Made by a program: the position numbers and the translations under genes
Notes under the pieces: generated by a model
What the model was told of the DNA's origin: nothing
The model's input: only the letters and a program-made list of their open reading frames with translations
Databases searched by the model: none
Shown here: positions 25,101 to 38,363 of the stretch, piece after piece
How the letters are laid out: each line of letters begins with the position of its first letter
Position numbering within the stretch: position 1 is the stretch's first letter
DNA from: Vermamoeba vermiformis
Lineage: Eukaryota
DNA length: 64,000 nucleotides
NCBI GenBank assembly: GCA_045837725.1
Contig: JBEWZL010000066.1
Location: 248,001-312,000, forward strand
Direction of reading: 5' to 3'

Positions 25101-28100
25101 TGATGTCGAGCGGAATGGAAAAGAATTCCTCTTCGCGCTCCGAGTAGTAGGGCCAGTCCTTGTCGGTGCTCTTGATCTCATTGGCGAGGGTGCCACCGAA
25201 CTGGTGATTGAGCAGCTTGGTGTCTGCCGTGTGCTTGAGCTGTGCCTCGAGTCGCTGACAGAGCAGATTGAAGAACTCGTCCACGTCGTGTTGTTCGCGC
25301 ACATTGGTCGGACGGCCGTCGAGATCTTTGTAGCTCTTGCAGAAGTTGGTCGGATCTGCCGCCATCTTCTCGGTCTCTTGCAGCTGCACGAAGAGGTGTT
25401 GCAGCTGATAGAGCACATTGTCCTCGAGGGCTGCGCTGTTCAGCTGCGAGTCACTCACGCGCAACAGAGACTCGCGCAGTGACCGCATCATGTAGAACTG
25501 TTGCAGCAGACTGTTCATGTAGCACGTCGCTCCTAAATTGGTAATGCCGCTGTAGCCATAAATAGACTTGTCGTCTGTGCCCGGGTGATATTCCCAAGTC
25601 GAGAATCGGCGCAATGAGCCGCTGTGATGCGTGTTCAGCTTGTCGAGCAGTGCGCGGAGATTGAGCTCGTCACGTGACAGCAGTGCCAGCAAGTGCAGCG
25701 CGGCAGCACGTGATTCAGCGGACTTGCACTTGGGCGGTGCGTGATCTCCCACGCGAGCTGTGGGAATGGCGAACAGATCGTGATAGAGTGCCACCGTGAA
25801 GTTGTCTATTTTTAGCTCGTGTTAGCGCTTGCAACATTGCAGAAATTGTTGGACGTACCTTGTGACTTGCCAAATTCGGTAATGAATTGTGGGCGATGCT
25901 CGAGGATGACAATGAGACAGCGGAGTGCACCCGCGAGCACGTGATCAGTGGTGTTGCGTGTTTCATGAATGGCTCGGTCCCTGATGTGTTGCGCTAATAG
26001 TGTCACCAAGTCTGCCAAATAAGGCAATTCGTGTCCTCGCGTGAACTCGAGTGCGAGTAGTTTGGCGAGCAGCAAGAAGTATTGTTCCGCACTCTCGACC
26101 AGGGCTGCTGCATCGAATATCGGCTTGAGGTGCGTGATCACGAGCTGCAACAGTGTGCTCGATAAGGAAATTTCCACTTGTTGTGCACCGTCCTTGTCGC
26201 CCGTGACCAGTGTGAGGGGCCCATGCAGCGCTCGGAGCACGTGCAACAGACCAATCACTGCTTCGTGACGCACTGCGCGCACACGTGACTGAACGACGAG
26301 TGCCAGCACGTACTGCCACATGCGTGCCCGCTGCCAGTCCGTCACGAAGAACAGCGGTGATTGGTCGGTGATCACGTGACTCTGTTCTTGTGCGCGGTGG
26401 CCGAGCACGAGCTGTTGCAGCAGTTGGAAGCAGTAGAGTGTGATCTCGCTCAAATCTCCGTCCACACTCGTACTCTGCACTTGTGTGCCAATCCACGCCA
26501 GGAATGTGTCGAGACGTGCGATCAGTGCGCGGATGTGTGCGTCTAAATAAGGCAAGTGTGAGGCTAATTATAGTCGCAATGCAACAACGTACCAGTGAGG
26601 TGTTCGCGCGTCAGTTCACCGTGCACGAGCACGAGATTGTACACGAGATGCAAGAGCTGCAAGAGACACTGACGACTCTGCGAACTGACAGCACGTGACA
26701 TGTCAAACAGCTCAGTGGACACGAGCAGCTCAATGACACGTGTCAATCCGCGTGTCTTGATGAACTGCACAGCCTGCGCTTGAATGCGCGGCATGACGTG
26801 TTCGAGCAAGTAGTGCAGCAGCGGGACATTGTGCGGCAAGACCGCGCTCCAATCGGGCTGATCGACCTGCACTTGCTCGGTCAGGGCACGTGGTGGGGGA
26901 AGACGACGCAAGAGCGACCACGTGATCTTGGTGAGGTCATCGCGATTGAGTGCCAGCACCGCAAACAGCTCATCAAAGTACTTGGTGTTCTCGGCCAACA
27001 ACTGCGTGGGTCGATTGACATCGGTGACACGTGTCACAATCTGCGCAGAGACGTCACGTGACTCGCTGAGCATGTCATCTGTCACACCAGCAGCAATGGC
27101 CTGTGCTTTGATCTCTGCAAACTTCTCCTCGTCAGTCAACATCATGGCCACTCGCTCCACCTCCCAGCTGTGTTTCTTGAGCGCGAACTGTGCCAGACTC
27201 GGCGCGATATTGTAGATCTCGCTCAGCTGGGCAATGCGCTCTTTGGCGTCAGAGGGCGGCTTGTCTTCCACGGACATCATCGTGCGCGAGCGAGGCTTGT
27301 ACACTGACATGCGCCCTGTGGTCTGTGCGCGGCGGTTAGTATGGAACAGAACGAGTAGGGTAGCACACGTCACAGCTTTGAGCACGGCAGCGGTGATCTC
27401 CTGCTCGTTGTCGAGGGCGAGCTCGTGCAGTGTGCGCTCATCACCGCTCAACACACCCTGCACTGTGCTCAATAGCAGTGCTTCGCTGAGTGGACCAGTG
27501 TGCTGCGTCAGTTGTGCGGTGATCAGTGCGCGCAGTTCTCGCAGCACCGTGTTCGAGTGCACCGCCACTGTCATGTAGCGCGGCCCTACAATGTGCATGC
27601 CTGACTCGCTTGCAGAGGTGTCGCGCATCTCGGACTCACTCGGCTCCTCTTGTTCGACGGTCACGTGTGCTTGCAAGTCATCAGCGCGCACCGTGTTCTT
27701 GATGACCAGCGTCAGTGGCCGGCCTCTGTTGCTCGCAGCATGCACGGGCTTGTACTCGCCCTCCACGGCATTGATCCAACTGCTCAACAGGCGCAGCACA
27801 CGCTCCAATTGCTGCACTGCTGCTGGCTCGCTGCTGACATGCGCACGTGCTTCAGCCAATCGACTCTGTGACACGTGTCAGCGACGCATGCACACCTAAA
27901 AATAGCACTTACAATGCACGCAGCCAAGTACTCCGCGCGCGAGGCGAGTCGTTGAGTGAGTGAGGCAGCCAATTCGACCACACTGCTCTGCTCGCTGGTG
28001 AGGGCAATGTGCCACAGTGCTTCAATGCCCTGCGGTGGATAGCTCAGCACCTGGAACTCGACGCGATGTACATCGGTGTGCTCGCTCCACTTCAACACGC

Positions 28101-30737
28101 CGTGCAGCACATTGGCGTCACACAAATAGCGTTGAAAGGCGTAGAAGGCTTGTTTGTCCTGCGACACCACTGACAGCACTTCTGCGGACAACATTTTGGT
28201 CTTGAACAGCTGCGCAGTGATTGGTCAGCACGTGACACGTGTCAACAGTGAGAGCGACACTTACCTCAGCAGCCTGTTCCAAGTCCAAGCAGGGCCCAGT
28301 GACAGTGAGCGCGTAGAAGTCAGGCCCGTACAAGGACATGTAGTTGCTCGGTGCGCGGGCGTGAGTGAGCCAGTTGAGGAATTCAATGCGCTGCCACGCG
28401 ATGACTGCGTTCTCGAACAACTCCTCCCACATCTGCGACACGTAGATGTGATTCATCGCTGCAACGGTGTTAATTAGGAGTGTGAATGCGGTGTTCAATG
28501 CACGTACGCGAGTGATAGTTGGAGAGCAGTCGATAGAACAGCGTCAAGCGAGTGGTGAGTTCGCTGACCACGCTGTAGCGACCAATCAGCACTTGATGTT
28601 GCACATTGGGCTCACTGCGCTGCTCCTCGCTCCAGTGATCGGTGACTGCGCGCGACAGTTTCTGAAAGTTGTGCAGTTCCGCCAGCATCTTGTCGATCAT
28701 CATGTGCTCTTCTTGCAGCCACGCCACTAGCTTGTGCGGACTGTCGGACTCGTTCTGTGCGGTGTGCATATCTGCAACGAATGAGTTACTAAATAGGCAA
28801 TGCGCACTGCACTACACACCAATCAAGTGCGTGACGAGTTGCATGCACGACGAGGCCACTTGCACTTTGAGGGGATTGACTATGGTCTCCAACAGTGTCA
28901 GAATCCACTCGCGTCTGATCATGTGTCAGTGCTGTCACGTCGTCAATTCAGTGAACCAAACACGTACCTGTGTGGCTTGAAGGTGTCGCCGTGCGTGGAA
29001 GTGGTGAGCAAGTGCACTGCAGTGCGCGAGATGTCGTTCGAGGCCTGTTCGTCGCACACCACTGCACGCAACTGCGTCAAGAATGCCATGCGCTGTGCGG
29101 ACTGCGTGCTCTTCTTGCTCATCTCGCTCAAGAAGTGCAGCAGTTCTGCAGTGTATTCGGTCTTGGGCATGCTCTCGAAGCACGTGATCAAGTGTGCCAC
29201 ATTGTCCACGGACAGCTGCTCGGCGATCTGACCCAGCAATTGCAACACTTCTGCGGCCACGGACTCGTGTCCAGTCTGCGGTTAGATATCACGTGATCAG
29301 CGACCAATCACAAGCGATTGCGCACCAGTACTACGACATACCGTGACACAGCTCCAGAGTCGATCGATCATCGCGTCATTCAGTGCACGACGTCGCGCCA
29401 AGAACTTCATGATTGGCACACTGCGCCGCATCATCTCCACGTGCGAATTGACGTCAAAGATCTGCGTGAGGACGTTGTGTTCGTTGAGCCAGTCGATCAT
29501 CATCTCAGCGCTGATGGTGCGGGGGGGCGGTGCAGGACCCACACGGTGCTCGCTCATGAAGCGTCTGTCACCCATCAGACTCGGGTGCGTGGACTGGCCG
29601 GCACTCGCTTCAGCACCCAGGCCCTCGCTCACTACACGCGACATCATGTAGCTCTCGTAGGAGTCAATGGCCTCGCACATCCTGGCCAGGGACTGCATTT
29701 GACACGTGTCAATCACACATTTCGTACCACACTGTGGTGACTTACCTTGATGCCGTAGACGCGCTTGTCAAACAGCGGTGAATTGAGGCACTGGCGATAG
29801 AGCTGCAGCTTGATCTGATCGAGCACGTGCGTGAGTGCTTTGAACTCGTGCACATCTTTGAGCACGGCAGCGAAGTGTTTGAACACGTTCTCAAAGTCCT
29901 CGTCCTTGGCCTGACGCAGATCATCCACGGTCAGGTGCGTCAATCGGTGCGTGACTTGATCGAGCAGCTGTTGCACGTACTGCTTCTGACGACTCTCGAT
30001 GAGATAGGCGGGATGTGTCACGTGATAGAACACTTCAATGTACAGCGCCACGATGCTCATCGGACAGTTCTTCTCGTTGCCCTGGCCGATCAGTGCCAGC
30101 AGCGCGTCAAAGCCCCCATTGGCCCCGAAGTAATTGATGTTGTCTTCCAGCAGCTCTGACGTCCAGTGCGTGCCGGGCTGTGAATGACACCTGTCAGAAC
30201 GAATGCAGCAAATGTGACACGTGACACGTACCGGTAACTGCGCGTAAGGCTCCTCCAGCACGAGTTTGGAGCCAGGAGGCATGGAGCGCTTGTAATAGAG
30301 ATTGGCGTCGTTGTTGAACACGAGTGCGAGGGTCTCAGCCAGTGCGTGAATGCCGTGCTGTGTGTTCTTCAGTATCACATCGAGCACGCGCTTGATCACT
30401 CCATTCGCGCGCAGGGAGAGCTCGTCGTCAAGATATCTGCATTAATATAGTACAGATCAGTACGAGTGTCAGTGCGTGGTAGAGTTGCAGATCCGCACCT
30501 GTTTTTGAGTATTTTTGTAGCGAGATTGGGGATAGCAGTGAATAGCAAATAGAGCGAGTGATCGCCAAAGGGTATCTTGCCGTCGATTAGTTGCACTAGA
30601 CGCGTGCGTAGAGTGCCTAAGGCTACATCTGCCTCTCTTTCGCGGGTGATCGAGTCCTCAAGCCGCAAATATTCAGTCTTAAAATCAACAGCGACATCAA
30701 TCACCTCGCTATCAGTACGAGCACTTGGATCGGTCAT
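22105..30737 (-). CDS. Large ubiquitin carboxyl-terminal hydrolase (USP9/USP24/USP34 family) with Ubl-, UBA- and CUE-like domains
   Basis: Cys box GITNLGATCYMNSLLQQ, EQHDVDEFF, His box LVGVLVHTGSADSGHYYSFI, FND, AYMLFY. Long helical N-terminus. C-terminal CUE-like ELKEIFSDISEEVIIEAL. Confidence 0.92.
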
Positions 30738-31310
30738 TCTCGGAGTCTATGGACCTAATTCTGGAAGAGGACGAGAGTAAGAAGAATAGTCTTTAAATAT
30801 TTAATTGGCTGATTTTGCTATGAAAATTAAATATGCACTATGGTGAATATTATGTACAACTGCAATCGAATTTATAGCGCATAATATTGAATTTTATTAA
30901 ATTATACTATTTTGATCTTTTTCCTAGGAATTCTAATCCCTTTAAATTCATTGAAAATAGAAATCTGGACGTCACTAATACATATATAACACTGATATGA
31001 ATGCAGATTTAAGATTCTTACCTGCTTTGTTTCAACTGAAAGCAGATCTGACCTTGCACAGCAATGCAGTAACCAATGAGATTACTCGCAAGAATTAAAT
31101 ACAAATGCTGTGCGTAATGCGTTGTAACTAGTTACACAGTGTTAAAAATAACCGGTCCTATGCGCAACCCAGCATTTTTGCGGCTATTCTTAGATCAGCA
31201 CGCCAAACTAGCACTAGGAGGTCTAATAACTAACACACTAACATACTATACAACGTATTAATATTACACTATGGCACATTACTGTACAAATCGGGATCCA
31301 GTCCCACCGA

Positions 31311-33223
31311 CTACGTCTTGGGGGTGGAGGGCATGAACGAGTAGAAAGGCGCGAAGGTCGGAGTCATGAGGGGTGATTGCACGAATGGACTTTGTGGCAA
31401 AAAGAATTGCGGGAATTCAAAATTCGCACCGAGCGGCGTGACCAGATGTGGTGTCATCGGCGGCATGAACACGCCTGGTGTCGCAGGACCAGCTGTGGGC
31501 AGTGCAGCAGTGGTGTTATTGCCTGATTTGGAAGTGTCACTGCTGCCAGCGGCTGACTCCTGTGGCAGTGGGGGTGCCAGTATGACAGGATAGGGAGCCA
31601 CGAACAGGCCGTGCGAGGGGATGGTGATCTTGAGGTCTTTCTTCTTGGGCCCAGAACTCGTCAGTGCACTGTGCGCGGTGCTGCCAGTCGTGTTGTCAGT
31701 GCTCGTGTTGTGGCTGCCAGCAGTCGCGGTGCTCGCCTCGTCCTCGTCACTCGAGGCAGCAGTGAGTGCAAACACAGGCGTGAGTGCTGAGCCCGTGCCC
31801 TGCGAGGCCCCGAGTGCACTGGACAGCGTGGTCATGATCGCATCGTCTTGCTGCTGCTGCTTGGTCACGTGATTGGTCGACAAGGGAATCACGTGGCTCG
31901 TCATCACGCTGCCCTCTTCGCCGAATGGACGGTGCGGGTCTTCGTTAGGTGATGAAATTTCATCGAGTTTCCGCTTCTTGCTCTTGGGCAGTCCCGTGTT
32001 GGAGGGCAGTGCAAACACGTGATCGATGCCGAGTGGACTGGACGCAGAGCCAATGCTGGTGGGACTGGCCAGCATGAGGGGCGGTGTGAGTCCTGTGTGC
32101 GTGTCTTCTTCAGTGAACGGCAAGAACTCTTTGGGACTGTATTTCACTGAACCAGGGGACAGCACTGGTGAGGCCCCCGCGCTGAGTGAGATGAGTGGTG
32201 GGGTCAGACCCGTGGTCAGAGTGTTGTCAGGTGACATGTTGACACCTGTCATTGCGGCACTCTCACTGCCAGTGCTCGTGTTGAGAGCTGTGGCATTGGT
32301 GTTGTTCGCTGTGTTAGTACTCGCTGCACTAGTAGCAGTACCATTGTTACTATTATTGTTGTTGTTGTTGATGTTACTATTATTATTGTTATTATTACTG
32401 TTGCTATTATTATTGTTGCTATTATTATTGTTATGATTGTTCGCAGGGCTCGGTACGGCAGCAGATCCAGGCTGCACAGCTGCGAGGCCAGGGACAGCGC
32501 CGAATGGCACAGCATATATCTGTGGTGCAGTGCCACTCATCGCAGCGACAGTGGTCATATTCGCATTGTTGATATTGACGTTGTTCAGTGATTGGAGTGG
32601 TGTCGTGCCCGTGAGTGGATGTGGCGCCAAGAAAGCAAAGTTGGAGCCAGGCGCGACATAGTACGAATAGAGAGGCTGACCAGCGCGATAGGGTGGAATG
32701 GGTGCTTTGACTGTCGGCTGGGGTGGTGCGGGGGTGGGTGGTGGCACTGGCTTGAGCGCGGACTTGTCGTCCTCTTTCTGCTCAAAGTCGTGGTACTAGG
32801 GGCCGATAGTCAGTATGGATGCATATATATGTATATATATATCACTGATACTAACATCGCTGTTGTTGAGCGTGCGCACTTGGTGTGGATTGGCTGCGAA
32901 TTTGTTGTAAAGCGCATCGACATTGGAGCTCGCGTACTGCGTCATATCACCATTGGAGTCCAATATCAGCACTGCTATCTCGCACTCGCACAAGATAGAC
33001 AGCTCCATCGCCTTCTTGATCAGACCTGCTTTGCGCTTGATCATCGTCGTCTTGAATATTACGCGATTAATTATTCGTTTGGAAATATAAGTGCTATTAT
33101 TATTATAAAATAGCATTCGCGTATTAAAATTAAGTTATAATGGGTCCTTTAATTATTTCCAAGCCTTACCGAACGTTTTTTATCGTTGGCGATCTTACGG
33201 ATTTCAATCTTCTTGCGTCCCAT
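31311..33223 (-). CDS. MADS-box transcription factor (MEF2-type) with Asn-rich and Ser/Thr/Pro-rich tail
   Basis: MGRKKIEIRKIANDKKR|..TMIKRKAGLIKKAMELSILCECEIAVLILDSNGDMTQYASS. Confidence 0.9.
32343..32437. repeat. AAY trinucleotide tract encoding poly-Asn in the MADS factor
   Basis: TTA/TTG triplet run on the + strand. Confidence 0.9.
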
Positions 33224-33580
33224 CGCTGTACGAGTCTGTTATCAACATCAATTAATACTGACTGCATTATTATCAACTAGCACGATGGTGGGTCGTGTCT
33301 CAACTCGTTGAATTGACTGCATGATTGAGCGGATTGGTTTGTGTTAACGTGTGCATTTACTTACATAAATCACCAGTACGTGACCAGGGTAGTATATTAG
33401 TGGCGACTAGCAGTTAATAATAGGCCGCTAATGATTGGAGGAGTTAAAAATACAATTATTTATCAATTTTATCAACCGTCGAAACAAGCCACATTTCTTG
33501 GTGCTTGCTGGATCAGGAGCACAATACTAGGCCCGTTTATATCACGCGTATTAATATGAGTACAATGCACCTATAATCAG

Positions 33581-35455
33581 ATGAGCAATCGTTCAATTAG
33601 ATTCAACACAGATCATGGCTCGCAGCATCGCAGCGGATCGCGAGTGCCGCTGAACCACATGACCTCGCTCGTACTCACTAATACGACGCGTTATTATGAA
33701 CCACCTGATGCTTATTATCGCCGCAAGGTCTGGTGCACAGTTATCTATGGCATCTGTTACTTTGCTTTTGGCTTAGTTCTCAGCTCCTTAGGCGGATTAA
33801 TACAATATTTGCATCTAGCATCACCTACTCATAGACCTTATTTAAGTCCTCTAGTCATTGGAGGCAAATCTGGTAAGACCCGTAAAATATTGAAATCGCA
33901 ATTCATCTTTATCGTATTAATTACCTAATTTTACTGATAAATATTAATATAAATATTAACATCTATTAGCTGGTGCATTATTGGGCGCAATTATGGGCTC
34001 TGGACCGCTAAGCAATTTTCCAACGATTGGTCACGCAATTATTGCCATTACATTCTTGATTTTGATCATTTGCTACGCTGTGCAGCCTATATTATCCGCA
34101 TTTGGTACATTGGTGCGTATATTCACGGTCCTATACTCGCGCTACTAGTTGCACGAATGTTCTGACAGCTCTTATTGTAGATCGCCATCTGGTTTTTCAT
34201 CGGTATTTGCTGCGGCCTACTCGACACTACTATCAACACCATATTACTGCGCATGTGGGGCCCTCGAGTAGACAATAAGATGCAAGGTACCACACCACTA
34301 GCGCTATTAGCAAGCGATCACTAACGCGTGTGCAGCGATACATCTCGTGAGTGGCATTGGCAGCACGCTGTCGCCAGTGATCATTCTCACATCACTCAAG
34401 TGGACGGGCTGCTATCACTTCGGCGTGTGGCTCATCTCTGCCATCTCACTCATCGCGGGACTGTTGCCGCTGTTCGTGCGCATGCCAATACTCGATTTGG
34501 ACATTTGGGAGCCACGACGTGTCAAACGTGTTAAAGGCGAGCACGTGGTCATCGGACTGTTAGCAGCACTGTTGTTTGTGACCAATGGCCTCGATGTCAC
34601 TGTCGCGAACTGGCTCTTGGTAAGTCACTGCTTGACACGTGTCACTCGTGCACTCTCACTGACGCGCGCTCAGACTTGGAATGCAGTGCGCATGGAGCAT
34701 GCACTGCCGCACAATGAAACTGCGCCACTGATACCGATCCTCAGCGGCAATGACACTTTGACACCTGTCATCACGCCAGCGGAGATCAATCTGCCCAAGT
34801 GCGTGTTGCCAGTCTGGCCTCCCCCGCACACATTTGACCCCACTGCACTGCCCGATGGACCGTTCTTGTTGCTCGCACTGTACTGGGCCTCGTACACGCT
34901 GGCACGACTGCTGGGCCTGCCCCTCATCACTCGCGCTGGTCCTCGCGTGCTCACACTGCTCGTCATAGTCGGAGTTAGCATTGCTGTCGCGGTGTACCAG
35001 CTCTACACCACTGTAAGTCACTGCCATATTAGGTTAATTGTTCCGTGCTAATCAGCCTGCAGTCCGTCCTCGTCACGTGGGTGTGCACGGGACTGATGGG
35101 ATTCTTCATCGCCAATCTCTTCCCCAATGTCATTGCTCTGCCTGCTAATTTTGGCATTTCGATCACCTCGCCGGACAGCATGAAGCTATTAATAGGTGCA
35201 GGTATCGGTGAGATAGTGTGGCCGATTGTGTCCGGTGAAGTGTGGCTCTATCTCGGGCCTGAATTCACGCACTACGGTCTGTTGGGCACATTCACCCTCG
35301 CGGCGATTCTGTTCCTCGCCATCATGATCGTGCTCACCTGCTCCAAGTCACTGCAGTCACGTGACTCGCTGCCGTCCTCACCGCGCGTGCCTGTCGTGGT
35401 GACACCGCGCTCGAATGAACGCACGCCACTGCTGACTCAGTACCAAGACATGTAA
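33581..35455 (+). CDS. Major facilitator superfamily transporter (MFSD4-like)
   Basis: Many TM segments; GLLDTTINTILLRMWG, GIGSTLSP, YWASYTLARLLG, GFFIANLFP. Confidence 0.75.
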
Positions 35456-35595
35456 ATACTACTGCAACAAGCACCGTGTGGTCGAAGCATGATAAGCATG
35501 CATGGACTGCACGGAGGTTGACTGCAAATGCGAATAAATAGTTTTGTATCTCTCGATATTTGCATCATTTATTTACATGACTACCACTGAACTCC

Positions 35596-36942
35596 TTAGA
35601 ACACAAATTTCTGTTCTTCAGCGAGTTTGGTACTGCGCGCACTGCTCTCATTGAGCACGCACTTGACCACGGATTGGAGCACGTGACACGGATCAGTCAT
35701 TGCAGACATTTCTTTATAGTTCTTGGCACCTAATTGCTTCGCTAATGCCTTGCCTTGTCTGTCAAATAGGCTGATTAGATATCATTACTAGACAGGTACT
35801 AACGACATACTTGGCCGTGAAGGTCATGTGAGTGCCGCGGAGGTCAGTCTGCAGGCCCAACAAGATGACAGGTGGCACGTGCTGGCCATAGACCTCGCGC
35901 AGTTGAGGCCACCAGAGTGCAGTGACGTCATCAATGGACTGCTCATCGGCCACATTGAACGACAAGATCACTGCATCCGACCGCGCCAGACACGACCGAA
36001 CAGCTGGTTTGACACGTGTCATTCCCTTGTCGACACCAGTGACATCGGGCTCTAGCATGGTGATCACCCACGAGTTCTTGGTGACAAAGTAATTCTTTTT
36101 GAACACCAATGTGCCATCAACTGTGCGCGGTGCAATGAACGAGTCGTATTGTTCGGGGGCAATGAACTCGTCTTGGATCTGACTCAAGATCATTGCTGTC
36201 TTGCCCACGCCCTTCGAGCCCAGTACTGTCACGGTCACTGGTGAGAACTGTTCTTGAATTACCTAATTAGGAAATGTCAGTCCAAGCCATCAGTGTCACA
36301 GGCACCACTCACAGCAGCACGATAAGCACGCAGCAGTCGCGCGCGGTAAATAGCAGCAGGCGCGAGTGAGCCAGTGAGCTGCACTTGTTGGGCCCACAAC
36401 AGCTGCCACAACGACACTTCACGTGCGGCGAGGCCTGGCACTGGCACGTGGCCTGTCACGTGTTGATGCGAGCGACGCAAATCTTTGGTTGCCTTTTTCG
36501 GCAACTGGGCAGCGAGCATTGAAGCGCGATTGTCCCAGTCCACGTGCGGCCAGTGCGTGACGAGCAGTGCGCGCCACACTTCACCTGCACGGCGTGAGTG
36601 AATTGAAACATTAATGGGACATTGGACTCACCTGTGTGCGTCATGACTCGCAGTGCTCGACTGCACAATGAGACTGAAAAGAGCGACGATATATCTACGA
36701 AGAATTAGATCAATTATAGTGCAAGACATTCTAAAGCTGCGTACGGATCGCAAGTTATTTTTGTAAGTCACCAGAAAATTTTATTTATTTATTTAATATT
36801 TATTTTAATTGGCTCCAACAAATTTAAGAGCATTTCTCTACGAAATAAAAATGTCGTCATATTTACCTAAATATTTAATAATCCCTAAAAGTACTTCTGG
36901 TGGTAGATCCAACAAGAAACCTGTATTTTCAGCGGTATTCAT
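35596..36942 (-). CDS. F-box plus Rho-like small GTPase fusion protein
   Basis: Exon 1 MNTAENTGFLLDLPPEVLLGIIKYL joins DISSLFSVSLCSRALR (F-box), then WRAL. GTPase motifs GSKGVGKT, DVTG, PPVILLGLQTDLR, GKALAKQLGA..YKEMSA. No CAAX box. Confidence 0.75.
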
Positions 36943-37057
36943 TCTATTCTATTCAGGGCAATATACAATTACTAGGCACTCTATTATAGTATTGAGTGCG
37001 TGTTATTCGTGTAGTGAAATCGAAATAATGAAAATATCATTTGACTTCTCGCACGCA

Positions 37058-38273
37058 ATGAGGAGCACAGCTGCGCTAGTATCACTGGCGATTATAGCCG
37101 CAGTATTTATTAATCAAGTGTGTGGTCAATCATGCGCGAGTAATCGTGGTGAAGCAACTTCAGTGGTGCAATATCAACTCGGCGACACGATCTGCAACAT
37201 TACACTGTATGAACGAGCAGGCGATATGAACTTTGTATCATTTATCAACCTCCACGCCAATGAAAATACATCAGTCGTAGCAGCGCGAAGTTTGATTTAT
37301 TTGAACGGAGGCAGATTGGTCTACCTGCGACACGGCAACAATTCTCGCTTGATCACGTTCAGTTTGGAGGGTTCTGAATATACATTCGATCCCAATCGCA
37401 TGTTCACCCCTGTGGGCATTGAAAAGACATTGAAAGACAACGGCAATTATTCAGACAGCGCATCTAAAGCAGTTCAAGCCTTCGCAGCCAAAGTGTTGGA
37501 AGTTTATCAATTTGACAAGCAATATACAGTAGTATCTATTCATAATAATGGCCCTCTGTATTCAGCTGAGGCCTATTTACCCAACGCAACATTTGCTCAA
37601 GACGCAGCGGAAGGTAATTATATCCCAAGGCAATTATTTAAAAATTAATCTTTATTCTTATTTGTCTATCATGAATAGACGCAAATAAATCTTTATTATT
37701 AGCATTTAATATTTAACACGAATACAAAATACTGATCTGGATCCACAGTGTTCATCTGCCCAGAATCGAACCCCCACAACTTCTTATACGTGACCAATAA
37801 GAACCACTACGATTTTTACGTCAAGCACGGGTTCAATGTCGTGTTGCAAGCGGGCACAAACGGCACATTGACTGACGATGGTTCGCTGTCCGTCTACTCG
37901 GCCATGCAAGGCAAAGATTACGTCAACATTGAAGCGCGTATGTGCAGTGAATATACGCCTCACTGATAGGACTACTAACACGCAGTACAGGTGCGACACA
38001 AGGTGGTGATGGCATTGAAGTGGTCAATCAACTCGCCCTGTTGTTGGAGACCGCTGAAATGTTAGAACTCGATCTCAACACCAGAGGTACTTGCCTAATT
38101 AGGAAATGACTAATCACGTGCTAATCATATTTGCAGATAACGCAGTGGTGTGGGCCATTCTCGTGTCACTGGTTGCAGCGCTGATGGTCGCGGTGGGTCT
38201 GTTCTTCTTCATTCGCCACCGCTCGAGCTACTTCACGCTCAAGAACAGCTACACTGAAGTGACTAGCGACTGA
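37058..38273 (+). CDS. Type I membrane protein with bacterial-type zinc carboxypeptidase/deacylase-like (M14/M99-like) domain
   Basis: Signal peptide MRSTAALVSLAIIAAVFINQVCG; FINLHANE, FDPNRMF, VSIHNN, DDGSLSVY, YVNIEA; TM AVVWAILVSLVAALMVAVGLFFFI; tail with YFTL and YTEV. Confidence 0.7.
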
Positions 38274-38363
38274 GTGACTAAGGACACAATGAATATGACG
38301 GTGCATGTATGATATAACTCAATAGCAGACAGCTCGGAATAAAGCATGTCTCACGCGTGAAAT

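Larger units (their letters stand above)
2155..36021. repeat. Dispersed 12-bp palindrome TGACA(C/G)(C/G)TGTCA, at least 23 copies
   Basis: Copies start at 2155, 2934, 2961, 7813, 9953, 9995, 10070, 10118, 13490, 16747, 24282, 24450, 24590, 26734, 27025, 27869, 28233, 29700, 30185, 32240, 34633, 34759 and 36010. Confidence 0.9.

Noticed and set aside
22507-25482. Long + strand ORFs (285 aa, 270 aa) opposite the USP gene, and similar antisense ORFs elsewhere
   Set aside because: Shadow ORFs caused by GC3-rich codon usage; no recognisable motifs.
36809-37057. N-terminal extension of the 279-aa ORF
   Set aside because: It overlaps exon 1 of the divergent F-box gene; the signal peptide begins at the ATG at 37058.
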